A stretch of DNA of 42,610 bases from a virus (lineage: Duplodnaviria; Caudoviricetes), in the IMG/VR virus record IMGVR_UViG_3300044728_000289, positions 1 through 42,610 of that record; one strand, 5' to 3'. Under the pieces are notes generated by a model. That model searched no databases and was not told where the DNA came from. It worked only from the letters and a program-made list of their open reading frames with translations. Positions 27,401 through 35,562 of the stretch are shown piece by piece; positions within the stretch are counted from its first letter, which is position 1, and every line of letters begins with the position of its first letter. The position numbers and the translations under genes were made by a program.

Positions 27401-30400
27401 TACAGCTTGGCCGCCGCGGTGGCGACCAGGGGCTCGCCCGCGCCGACGTAGCTGTAGACCCGCGGCAGCGCACCGGGGTCGCGGGCGCCGGCGGCATCAG
27501 GGATCTGGCTGCTGCCGTAGAAGGCCACGTCGCTGCCGCCCTCGCGGCCGGTGAAGTCGAGCGCCCCGGGGCGGTCGATCCGCGGCGCCTCGCCGGCCTT
27601 CTGGGCGTTGTTGACGACGGCCTGGCTGATGTCGGTCGCGGCCGCCAGGTCGCCCTGGGTGAACTTGCCGGTGAACTGGCCGTGTCGCGCGAGCGCGAGC
27701 GTGCCGCGGTTGCCCGCGCCGGTGATGACGGTCAAGCTGTCCTGCAACTGTTCCAGGCCGCTGGCCAGGATGCGCTGCATCATCTGCTGCGCCTGCTGCG
27801 CGTCGAGCACGCCACCCGTCAGCCGCGGCACCAGCACCTGGCTGACCCGCTGCTGCAGGCTGGCGATGCGGTTGGGGGTCAGGGCTTCGAGGACCTCGTG
27901 CAGGGCCTGGCGGCTGTAGGCCTGGACCGCCGGCGCTAGCTCGCGCTCGGCCTGGGTCGTCGGCACCGCGCGGGCGGCCACGCTGAGCGTGTTCTTGGCC
28001 GCGCGGATGATGTCCTCGGAGGCGGTGATGGGGACCGTCTTACCAGCCAACTCGGCCGCGCTGAGGGCGGCGCGCGCGCCCGCGCGGGGGTTGGCCATCA
28101 GCCCGACCAGGGCCGCCCCGCCGAGCTTCAGGTTGCGGTTGGGGTCGTCCTCGTCGGCCTGGGCGCCACCGAGCGCCGCCCCGGCGCCAACGGCCAGCCG
28201 CTGCGCCTTGTAGAGCGCCTGGTGCTCGGTCTGCCCCTTGATCGCCTCGTCGAAGAGCCAGTGGTGCATGACGTGCTGGAAGCTCTCCGGCGGGATGTCG
28301 CTGCCGTAGCCGGCCTGCTGAAGCTCGCCAATGCGCTGCATCAGCATCTGCCGCATCTCCAGCGCCGCCGGGCTGCCCTTGCTGCCGAAGCTCTGGTTGA
28401 CGGCCTCGAACAACTCGGGCGCCTTCTCCTTGCCGACCCAGATGTTCAACTCGTTGGAGTCGACCGTCGGGAAGTCGCCCATGCCGAGCAGGTGGGCAAC
28501 AAAGCCCTCCTTGGCCGTGCCAACGCCGACCAGCTTGCCAAGCTGGTCAACGATGCCCTGGATGTCGCCCTGCTGGCCAAGCTCGTTGATGACGGGCGTC
28601 AGGTCGCGGATGTTGGTCAGGTTCTTGATGCCCGCCTTGATCTCCTCGGGCTTCAGGTCGCGCGAGGCGGGGTTGCCCAGGGACATCATGCTGGCCCCGG
28701 TGCCGCCCTCCTTCTCGGGCTTGCGTAGCTGCTGCATCAGCGAGCCGGCGCGAGCGGCGCTCACGTCGCCTTGCTCCAGCGCGTCCAGGGTCTGCTTGCC
28801 CTCGGGGCTGAGCAGCCACTGCGCGAAGGCGTCCTCGGGGCGCACCATCTGCCGCCCGCCGGTGCCCTGGCTGACCGCCTCGGGTGCCAGCTTGACGCCG
28901 AACTGGTCCCAGACCCGCTGGGCATCGGGTAGCTCGCGGGCGCTGTCGCGGATGCTCGACATGGTCAGCAGGTAGGCCTTGATCACGTCGCGGTCGGTCA
29001 TCTGCCCGGACAGGAGCTTCTGGCGCTGCTCGGTCAGGAACTGCATGACGCCCTGGAGGTGCTGCGGGCTGGTCCGGGCCTGACCGAGCAGAGCGTTGCC
29101 AACCTCCTGGGCGCTGGCCAGGCCGCGCTCCTGCAGCCGCCGCAGCGTGCCCGCAGCCTGGGTCTCGCCGGGTGCCAGGAAGCCGGTCTCGCGCAGGCGG
29201 ACCCCCAGCGGTATCTTGGGCACCGCCTCGGCCGCAGCCTTGGCTGCCCTGGCCGCGCCGCGTGGTGAGGCCGCGAGGCCGACCAGGGCGCCCGCGCCGG
29301 CCTTGAGGCCGCGGTTGGGGTCTTCCTCGTCGGTGCCGGCCTCGGCCCCCAGGGCCCCGGCGATGGGGCTGGTGAAGGCCGCGGGACCGCCCGAGTAGGC
29401 GTTGCGACTGCGGTCCAGACCATTCTGGAACAGCACCCGCACGTCGTGCGAGACCGACTCGCCGGTCACCGGGTCGGTCATCGGGATGCGCTTGCCGCCG
29501 CTGTAGCGCAGGCCCTCGAAGCCCGCCGCCTCCAGGGCGCGGTTGGCAAAGTTCCGGTCGACGCTGGACAGGGCCTCCCAAAGCCTCATGCCGTCAACCG
29601 CCCGCTCACCGTAGTTCGTAACCGCCAACACCTTCCCCAGGGCCGACTCGGCGTTGAAGCTGTCGGGGCGGTCGGGGCCGTAGTTATCCAGATAGTCGAT
29701 GACCCGCTGGTTGATCTCGGGCGTCGTGGGCTCTTCCAGATCGAGCAGGTCCATGTCGCGCGGCATGTCGATGGCGCGCACGTTGGGCCCGGCCGGGACG
29801 GTGCCCGCGATGTCCTGAATGCGCTGGTCGATGCGCGCCAGGTGCGCCTCCAGGGACCGCTTCGCGTCCAGCATCATCTGCTCGCGTGGTGACCCTGGTG
29901 GCGCCAGGTCCGCAGCCAGGTCCTGCTCGACGCCCTGAAGCTGACGACGGACCTGGCGCTGCTCCAGGGCGTAGCTCTCGGCCTCGCGGAAGCCCTCAGG
30001 CTGGCGGTTCTGAGCATAACCTCGGGCCAGCGTCTCGCCGCCGGGCTCGTTGGGGTACTTCGTCCGCAGGTTGACTGCCGCCCGGCGGTCGCCCTTGGCC
30101 ATCAGATCGTCGATCTGCTGCTGGATCTCGGGCGGGCGGACGCGACCCTCGCCGCGGACGACGCCACCAGCCACCCGCGGATCGCTGGTCAGGTACAGGC
30201 CCGGGCCGACAAGGTTGGCCCCGGCGTCCTTGGTCAGGTCGGTCTGGAGGTAGTCGCTGGCGCCACCATGGAAGCCACGGACGATCTCCTGGGCGCGGTC
30301 CTTGAAGTTCTTGGCCACCTCCAGCAGGCGGTCGATATCAAGCTCGCCGCTCTCGTCGATCAGGAAGCGCGCCACCGGACCGCGGACGATCTGCTGGGCG

Positions 30401-32772
30401 ATCTGCCCAATGGGCGCGTCAGCCCACTCCTGGGCGCCCTTCTGGAACGTCCCGGGGGCGTTGCGGAACATCTGCCCCAGGCCGCTCTGGGACCACTCCT
30501 GCATGCCCTTGGCGATCTTGGCTGCGCGGTCGGCGCCCGCCGGGCCGAGGAGGGGGATGTTGCGCAGGTCGCTGACAGCACCGCGGATCTGCCCGAACTC
30601 CGCGCCGGGCATCGGGATCAGGATGTTGACCAGCAGGCCCGTCAGATCGGCAAGCTCGACGCCCCCGATCAGGACGTTGCGCATGCCGCCACCCTTGAGG
30701 CCGGCGCTGACGATGCCACCCGCATCCATCTCGGCCGCCAGGCCCAGGCCCGGGCTGGTGCGGCGGGCGACCTCGCCAATCATGTCGTCGTAGCGGCCCG
30801 CGGCCGCCGCCCGCATGCCGTACTGGATCGCCGGCAAGATGCCGCTGCCGGTCTGGGTGTTGCGGCCGTATTCATTGATGGCGCGGATCGGGTCCTTGAC
30901 GGCCTCCTCGGGCGTCATCGTCGAGCCGGGCGTGATGCCCTGTAGCTGACGCCCAAACTCGCTCCCCGCGCCCCTGACCGCGCCGACCGCGGCGTCACCC
31001 GCCAGCGCCAGGTTCCGGCCCACATCGAACGGCGCCGAGGGGGCATTGGACTGGGCCTGCTGCGGGTTGGTCAGATCGTCGCTCGGGGTCGGCAGGCCAT
31101 TGGGGCGCGCGGCGGTGGCCGGGCTGCGGAAGCCGGCCTGGAACTGGTCGAGCGGGTTGCCGAAGTCCCGCGGCTTCGAGATGTCGGCCAGGATGTCCTG
31201 GCCCTGCTGGCGGACGCGGCTGCTGATGTCGTCGGCCTGGCCCTGCAGCAGCATGCGGCGGGTCTCGGCCTCACTGCGCTGCATGGCCGTCGTGCGCTCG
31301 CTGTCGGCCTGCATGCTCTGCAGGGTCTGGGCACCCTGGTCGCGCAGGGCCCCGGCGCGGTCAAGCAGCCCGCGGCTGGTGCTGAGGGCGTCGTCGAGAC
31401 CCTGGCGTGCGGCCGTGCCGACCGTGCTGCTGGCCTCCTGAATCTGAGGCATGTAGCGGTCGACGATGTTCTGGATCTTGCCGACGTAGTTCGGGTCGGT
31501 CATGTAGCCGCCCGCCTTGAGGGCGCCGACGAAGCCCGCCACCGTGTCCTGCCCCTTCGCGGCGGCGTACCGCGGGGCGTTCATGATCAGGTCGGCAAAG
31601 TCCTGAAAGCTCTGGGTCAGGTTGTCGTAGGCGCGGAAGGCGTCACGGATGGTCACCGGGCCCGCGCCATAGTCCTCCCAGGTCTGGGCGTTGATACTGC
31701 CCGCGGGGCCCTTGCCCTTGATGCCGAACAGGTTGTTGCCCTCGGCAAACTTGCCGAAGCCGGTCTCGTTGGCGGCCATGCCGATCATCGCCGCCGCGGG
31801 GATGCCGGTGCGGTCGGCCACCGCCTGGGCGGCCGGCGCGATGCTGCGGATGAACGCCTCGGGGCTGCTGGTGTCCAGCTTGATGTCGGGGACCGCGCCG
31901 GGGTTGGCACTCTTGGTCGGCACCGCCGGGTGGTCCGCGTACAGGGCGCCCTGGACGGCACCCATGCGCCGCTCCATCTCCTGCGGGCTCATCCACTCGC
32001 TGCCGCCAGTGAGGTCGCGGCCCGACTGCCCGACGTGGAACTTGCCACTGCCCGGGTCGTAGGCGTCCGCAAAGAAGTAGTGGCCGGGGGTGGAGATGGT
32101 GATCGGGTTGCCCGAGCTTGCCTCGCGCGCGAAGTCGTCCCAGCGCGAGCCGGCCACGATGTGGGTGTCGACGCCCATCTGCTTGAGTAGCTGCTGCTGG
32201 CTGCTGATGCCGGCCATGCCGCTGTTGGGCGTCCAGCCGAACTGCCGCGCCAGGTCGGTCGCCTCGCGCAGGGTCGGATTGCGGCCGTACATCTGGGCCC
32301 AGCGCACCGCGGCCGCGGGCCCGCAGGCCGAGTAGGCCTCCTCGGCCGTCAACTGGTCGTTGCCGAACTGCGAGATATCCTTGAAGGCACCCGTCGCGGC
32401 GGTCGCCTGTGCGGGCTGGGTAACCAGTCCATCCTGTTGGGGGGCGATGGCCGCGCGGGCCTGGTCGCCCGCCTCGTTCAACGCCGAGCCAGCCTGGGTG
32501 CGGGCGTTGTTCGCGTAGTCCAAGAACTGCTGCCCGTAGTTGTGGGCCGGCTGCTGGGCGGTCTCGAACTCCTGGCGGCGCTGGTTGACGTAGTCGGTGA
32601 ACTGCTGGCCGTAGTTGACGGCCTGCTGCGCAACTGGTTGCGCAATTGACTGCGCCTGCTGCTGACCCTGCTTGAGCAGCGTCTCGCCCTGCCGCTGGGC
32701 CTGCTTGACGTAGTCGTCGAAGCGCCCGAGCAGGTCCTGCTTGGCGTCGTCTTCGAGCAGGAAGCCAGGCAT
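24421..32772 (-). CDS. Giant multidomain internal virion protein (C39-like peptidase, GH73, ART-like, HhH-GPD-like, helical C-terminus)
   Basis: ACGPAA...GHYFFAD; ANETG..NNLFGIK..FRAY..YMTDPNY; FHGG..GPGLYLT..YA..GFEGLRY; LVGVGTAKEGF..LLG.GDFPTVD; repeated DPNR hairpins. Confidence 0.85.
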   Translation of the reverse strand: MPGFLLEDDAKQDLLGRFDDYVKQAQRQGETLLKQGQQQAQSIAQPVAQQAVNYGQQFTDYVNQRRQEFETAQQPAHNYGQQFLDYANNARTQAGSALNEAGDQARAAIAPQQDGLVTQPAQATAATGAFKDISQFGNDQLTAEEAYSACGPAAAVRWAQMYGRNPTLREATDLARQFGWTPNSGMAGISSQQQLLKQMGVDTHIVAGSRWDDFAREASSGNPITISTPGHYFFADAYDPGSGKFHVGQSGRDLTGGSEWMSPQEMERRMGAVQGALYADHPAVPTKSANPGAVPDIKLDTSSPEAFIRSIAPAAQAVADRTGIPAAAMIGMAANETGFGKFAEGNNLFGIKGKGPAGSINAQTWEDYGAGPVTIRDAFRAYDNLTQSFQDFADLIMNAPRYAAAKGQDTVAGFVGALKAGGYMTDPNYVGKIQNIVDRYMPQIQEASSTVGTAARQGLDDALSTSRGLLDRAGALRDQGAQTLQSMQADSERTTAMQRSEAETRRMLLQGQADDISSRVRQQGQDILADISKPRDFGNPLDQFQAGFRSPATAARPNGLPTPSDDLTNPQQAQSNAPSAPFDVGRNLALAGDAAVGAVRGAGSEFGRQLQGITPGSTMTPEEAVKDPIRAINEYGRNTQTGSGILPAIQYGMRAAAAGRYDDMIGEVARRTSPGLGLAAEMDAGGIVSAGLKGGGMRNVLIGGVELADLTGLLVNILIPMPGAEFGQIRGAVSDLRNIPLLGPAGADRAAKIAKGMQEWSQSGLGQMFRNAPGTFQKGAQEWADAPIGQIAQQIVRGPVARFLIDESGELDIDRLLEVAKNFKDRAQEIVRGFHGGASDYLQTDLTKDAGANLVGPGLYLTSDPRVAGGVVRGEGRVRPPEIQQQIDDLMAKGDRRAAVNLRTKYPNEPGGETLARGYAQNRQPEGFREAESYALEQRQVRRQLQGVEQDLAADLAPPGSPREQMMLDAKRSLEAHLARIDQRIQDIAGTVPAGPNVRAIDMPRDMDLLDLEEPTTPEINQRVIDYLDNYGPDRPDSFNAESALGKVLAVTNYGERAVDGMRLWEALSSVDRNFANRALEAAGFEGLRYSGGKRIPMTDPVTGESVSHDVRVLFQNGLDRSRNAYSGGPAAFTSPIAGALGAEAGTDEEDPNRGLKAGAGALVGLAASPRGAARAAKAAAEAVPKIPLGVRLRETGFLAPGETQAAGTLRRLQERGLASAQEVGNALLGQARTSPQHLQGVMQFLTEQRQKLLSGQMTDRDVIKAYLLTMSSIRDSARELPDAQRVWDQFGVKLAPEAVSQGTGGRQMVRPEDAFAQWLLSPEGKQTLDALEQGDVSAARAGSLMQQLRKPEKEGGTGASMMSLGNPASRDLKPEEIKAGIKNLTNIRDLTPVINELGQQGDIQGIVDQLGKLVGVGTAKEGFVAHLLGMGDFPTVDSNELNIWVGKEKAPELFEAVNQSFGSKGSPAALEMRQMLMQRIGELQQAGYGSDIPPESFQHVMHHWLFDEAIKGQTEHQALYKAQRLAVGAGAALGGAQADEDDPNRNLKLGGAALVGLMANPRAGARAALSAAELAGKTVPITASEDIIRAAKNTLSVAARAVPTTQAERELAPAVQAYSRQALHEVLEALTPNRIASLQQRVSQVLVPRLTGGVLDAQQAQQMMQRILASGLEQLQDSLTVITGAGNRGTLALARHGQFTGKFTQGDLAAATDISQAVVNNAQKAGEAPRIDRPGALDFTGREGGSDVAFYGSSQIPDAAGARDPGALPRVYSYVGAGEPLVATAAAKLYYVWRPQTPMVVTFHHHFGPLAPDYPAHEHSTGEGIKEIMWRGEQSLVGATTEATPFGPRKVGWQDQGIDVGDGRQIASTDLAVGPSGAADMRMMTLLASMPTELANAVRSGRLTDPDVIAALLLRGESPRVQPARTEAFNMMNPTRKTGPNLNKLTPTEAARLNQAAIKQSSRTEALVIDPQIEDLAAIYINQPERALAKQVGLKRDNPDALNLRQVAEEIAARAKAAGNDIPIRHLNPTPEIAGREIIRVQPKMISEAETIGGAQGAPPISPGRQQIVDNYLKAPGAQYLGGAVAGAAAGAEVDDDDPNRTAKLGAAAIAGALSPRGLKNPMVARLIAGNLPRVGGAIAGATASEFSMTDKEKQDTIGRVNRDLLGALTGSIAPGAIKGGFGLAKGQGPDLAQLRSQFDFAARQVGPPKPGTNPGRTVAGEVIATSKDWMLSGLGTHVMNLSSQLAEMIKQPLVAAVSGREQDALLGLMAMGGSIPDAWRAARQAALTGVTSQTRAGAPNTHGSHIFLRALGAADDFFRVIAGNMGATMEAQRLIREAGAVTQADMDAVIRANANDIFEAGKKSGTSTVFSNEGGKGVGQRLSDWKQDLLSSTNKGTQLLGLAVDALVPFSGVPDAIWRLGLQRTPVLGEAVHAWKMARGLAIGDTRTATHEGAELLVQSLLSMTIISNVAAGNVTGPDNPERPSSVKIGGQWYDYSGWGPFQIPFAVPAAMYEATTGVSAKQGKNGIDWTNPRVQEAAFASTLRVMSDASYLSTAVDLLHALGDGDSGPRTVGKTAIGYASRFVPWGGLGGSGVALTDPIARDVSKELPGAIPQTVMSRIPGLSQQLPARIDPMTGQPEQRAKAGLGGVLAREQSRPISPLESELNRLNRAGYSEVKPFTKYPDTVSRGGSEIKLSETEQRAMAQLRGADLARFQAEVRTPSYQRMSDDDKAMYWKRVLATISGQNAARWSGITPEAEERKRLDAAKQIAGRRLVGSGAP

Positions 32773-33233
32773 CAGATCAACTGCGGCACGGTCGGCACCG
32801 TGGGCGGTGGCGGGGCGGGCATCTGCGGCACCGCGGGCAGCGGTAGCTGGGCCGCGGGCGCGAGCGGGGGCGGTAGCTGCTGGGCGGCCATGGGTAGCGG
32901 CCCCGGCGGTAGCTGCGGCTGGGGCGGCTGGATGGCGGCCGCGTCAGGGGCCGGGTGAATCTCGCCTGGCACGCTGGTGTCGGGCAGGGTGACGCCGATC
33001 CGCTCGACCACCTTCAGGAACTGATCGGGGTCGCGGCGAGCCTCTTGCTGCAGCCACTGGCGGTCCTGAGCTTCGTACTTTTGGCGGTAGACGCGATCCA
33101 GCGCCTCGTTGCTGACGCGGCTCACGTCGGGCCCGCGGGTCGGGAAGATCTGCTTCGCCAGGTCCTCGGCATCACCCGTCACCTCGCGGGTAATGTCGTC
33201 CTGAAGCTGCAGGACCTCGTCGGCCTTGGGCAC
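32772..33233 (-). CDS. Hypothetical protein with Pro-rich tail
   Basis: GTG start overlaps the upstream TAG (MPKADEVLQL...). Confidence 0.65.
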   Translation of the reverse strand: MPKADEVLQLQDDITREVTGDAEDLAKQIFPTRGPDVSRVSNEALDRVYRQKYEAQDRQWLQQEARRDPDQFLKVVERIGVTLPDTSVPGEIHPAPDAAAIQPPQPQLPPGPLPMAAQQLPPPLAPAAQLPLPAVPQMPAPPPPTVPTVPQLI

Positions 33234-33643
33234 TACAGCGTCGGCTCCAGGGCATCCACCCGCGTGTCCAGGCTGCTGAGCGCACTGTCCTGCTGGGTGT
33301 TCTTCAACTCGACCGCGTCCAGTCTGCTGTTCTGGGTGCCCTGCTCGGTATTGATGGTCGTGAGCGCCGTGGCGTTGGCACTGATGGCGGTCGTGTTGGT
33401 GGCGATGGCAGTCGTGTTGCTGCCGATGCTGACATCCTGGGCGGCGTCCTTGTTGGCCAGATTGAGGACCGTCGTCTGGAGCGTGGCGATGTCGGCCAGA
33501 GCCTGCTGGGCCTGGATCTGATTGGCCAGGATGTTGGCGATCTGGGTGTTGATCGGCGCCAGGCTGGCGTCGATCATGGCCTGCACGTCGGCGCCGGTCA
33601 GCGGCGCGCCGGGCCCGCTCGGGACGTAGGTCTGCTCGGTCAT
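33233..33643 (-). CDS. Trimeric coiled-coil protein (tail needle/plug-like candidate)
   Basis: I..NTTAI..N heptads with Asn core positions; RLDAVE and RVDALE trimer motifs. Confidence 0.55.
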   Translation of the reverse strand: MTEQTYVPSGPGAPLTGADVQAMIDASLAPINTQIANILANQIQAQQALADIATLQTTVLNLANKDAAQDVSIGSNTTAIATNTTAISANATALTTINTEQGTQNSRLDAVELKNTQQDSALSSLDTRVDALEPTL

Positions 33644-35562
33644 GCGCCCGGCCCTCCAACGACCTGCTGGTATGGTGGCGGGGCGACGCCAGCCCCATTT
33701 GGTGCCGCGGCGAGCGCGCCCAGGTCTGGCACGCCACCCATGCCTGGGCCGCCGCCTTCAAACACGCCGGGCTGCGGCGCGCCGGGGGCGCCCCCAGGCG
33801 GCAGGCCGGGCTGGCCACTCGCCGCGAGTTGCCCCTCCATGGCGAGTTGCTCGGCCTGCTGCCCCTTGGCCAGGATGTCGCCACGGCCGGCCAGCATGAA
33901 GACCTGGCTGTCCAGCCACTGCTGGTACTGCGGCGACTGGCGAATGCGGTCGCGCGCTTTTGAGCGCCTAATCTCGTCGGGGTTGTCGCCCAGGTACTCG
34001 ACCGCCTCGTCCTGGCCCCAGGTGCCGGCGGCCAGCCGCTCGTGGGCGTAGCGGGCCTTGATCATGTCGTCGGTCGGCAGCGCCTGCTGCACTTCCCAGA
34101 CGATCCTGACCGGCCGCTTGTTGTCCTCGGGACCGATGCCGATGTAGCCGCTCGGGTTGTCCTCCGCGGTGTAGCCGACCCAGACCTTCTCCTTCACCTT
34201 GTACGTGATCAGGTCCCACATCTTCTCGGTCTGCCCCTTGAGGAAGGCGGCGATGCCGTTGCTGACCGGGGCAACTCGAGTCCGGCTGTAGCTGAGGACC
34301 TGGCTGATGGCGAAGCCCGCGCCCTCCATGCCGCTGAGGGTGGTGACCCGCGGCGACTCAAGCTGGCTGATCGCGTTGTCGATCAACTGCATGTGCTTTT
34401 CCAGGGTCTGCGCATCGGGGTAGTCGATGCGCGATAGCTGCCGCCCTGGGGCCAGGTTGACCACCTCGCCAGGGAGCGGCCCAGGGTCGCGGTCGCGCGG
34501 CTTGCCGTCGTTGCCGATGACCGGCGCCGCGGAGCTTTCGCCGTAGTTGACCAGGGGGCTGAGCAGGTCGCGGGCGACGTACTGGGCGTGCATGGCGCGC
34601 AGGTACTGGCGGTACTGGACCAGCCACAGCTTGGTCTGCGAGATGCCCCAGCCGATCTTGCGGTTCTTCCAGTGGTTCATCCACAGGCCCGGGGCGAAGT
34701 CATAGGGCACGCCGAAGGGGTAGCCGTGGCGAAACTGTTTGACGATCTTGCTGGTCGGCGTCCCCGAGTAGTTGCTGCCCGACACCGCCCAGGAGCACCA
34801 CGCCTCGTCCCAGTGCTCGATCAGTTCGATGCTGGTCGGCAGGACCTTGGTGTTGTTCTCCCCCTGAGGCTGGCCAAGCTCCTCGGGGACGAGGTTGCCG
34901 TCGGCGTCCAGGCCCAGGCGGTAGCGGCGCAGCGTGGAGCGCAGCGGGCGCTCGGTGACTTCCAGCACCTCGCACAGGCGGCCGCCCGACCAGACCGGGT
35001 AGATCGTCCGCGCGTCCACGCTGAGCCAGGCGAAGGGCGGGCCAGCCAGCTTCTTGGCCTCCTCGGTGCTCTTGTCGTACTCGTCGTACTCGCCGTCCTT
35101 GGGCCGCGGGATGCTGTACCGCCGGTCCCAGGCGTCGCGGTTGTAGAGGATCTTGCCCCAGCCACCACCGTCGTTCAGCGCCGCGTCGGTGACGCTGTTC
35201 ATGGTGTCCTGACCAGGCTCCCTGGTCGCTAGCTCCCACAGCGTGCTGGTGGTGAACCGCTCGCGCAGGCTGGCGTTGGTCTGGGCGTTGTCCGACTCAC
35301 CCGTCTTCAGGCTCAGCACCGGCCGCTCCAGGGTCATCATGGCCGTCTGCTGGAAGGCCTCCTCGGTGATGTCCGGGTCGCGCGGGTCGACGTTGACCAG
35401 GGTGTACTTGGCGTCGGCGCCGGACATGGCCGGGACCTTCATCTCGCGCTGGTCGCGGTAGTTGTCTAGCTGGGTGTCGTCGTCGACGTACAGGTCGTGC
35501 AACTCGGACTGCAGGTGCTGCAGGTACTCACGGCTGGGCGCGGCCAGCTTCTTCTCAGCCAC
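33640..35562 (-). CDS. Portal protein
   Basis: About 640 aa after the terminase; DAALNDGGGWGKI, VDARTIYP, ELIEHWD, HGYPFGVPY; low-complexity tail. GTG start at 35562. Confidence 0.75.
   Translation of the reverse strand: MAEKKLAAPSREYLQHLQSELHDLYVDDDTQLDNYRDQREMKVPAMSGADAKYTLVNVDPRDPDITEEAFQQTAMMTLERPVLSLKTGESDNAQTNASLRERFTTSTLWELATREPGQDTMNSVTDAALNDGGGWGKILYNRDAWDRRYSIPRPKDGEYDEYDKSTEEAKKLAGPPFAWLSVDARTIYPVWSGGRLCEVLEVTERPLRSTLRRYRLGLDADGNLVPEELGQPQGENNTKVLPTSIELIEHWDEAWCSWAVSGSNYSGTPTSKIVKQFRHGYPFGVPYDFAPGLWMNHWKNRKIGWGISQTKLWLVQYRQYLRAMHAQYVARDLLSPLVNYGESSAAPVIGNDGKPRDRDPGPLPGEVVNLAPGRQLSRIDYPDAQTLEKHMQLIDNAISQLESPRVTTLSGMEGAGFAISQVLSYSRTRVAPVSNGIAAFLKGQTEKMWDLITYKVKEKVWVGYTAEDNPSGYIGIGPEDNKRPVRIVWEVQQALPTDDMIKARYAHERLAAGTWGQDEAVEYLGDNPDEIRRSKARDRIRQSPQYQQWLDSQVFMLAGRGDILAKGQQAEQLAMEGQLAASGQPGLPPGGAPGAPQPGVFEGGGPGMGGVPDLGALAAAPNGAGVAPPPYQQVVGGPGA

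Noticed and set aside
15989-27939. Long plus-strand ORFs (e.g. 15989-18061, 23309-24748, 25414-27939)
   Set aside because: They are antisense shadows of high-GC3 minus-strand genes, with no motifs or RBS.
24421-32772. Giant ORF as a tape measure protein or virion RNA polymerase
   Set aside because: There are no tail tube or chaperone genes, no periodic tape-measure repeats and no recognisable RNAP catalytic motif. This was judged by eye only.
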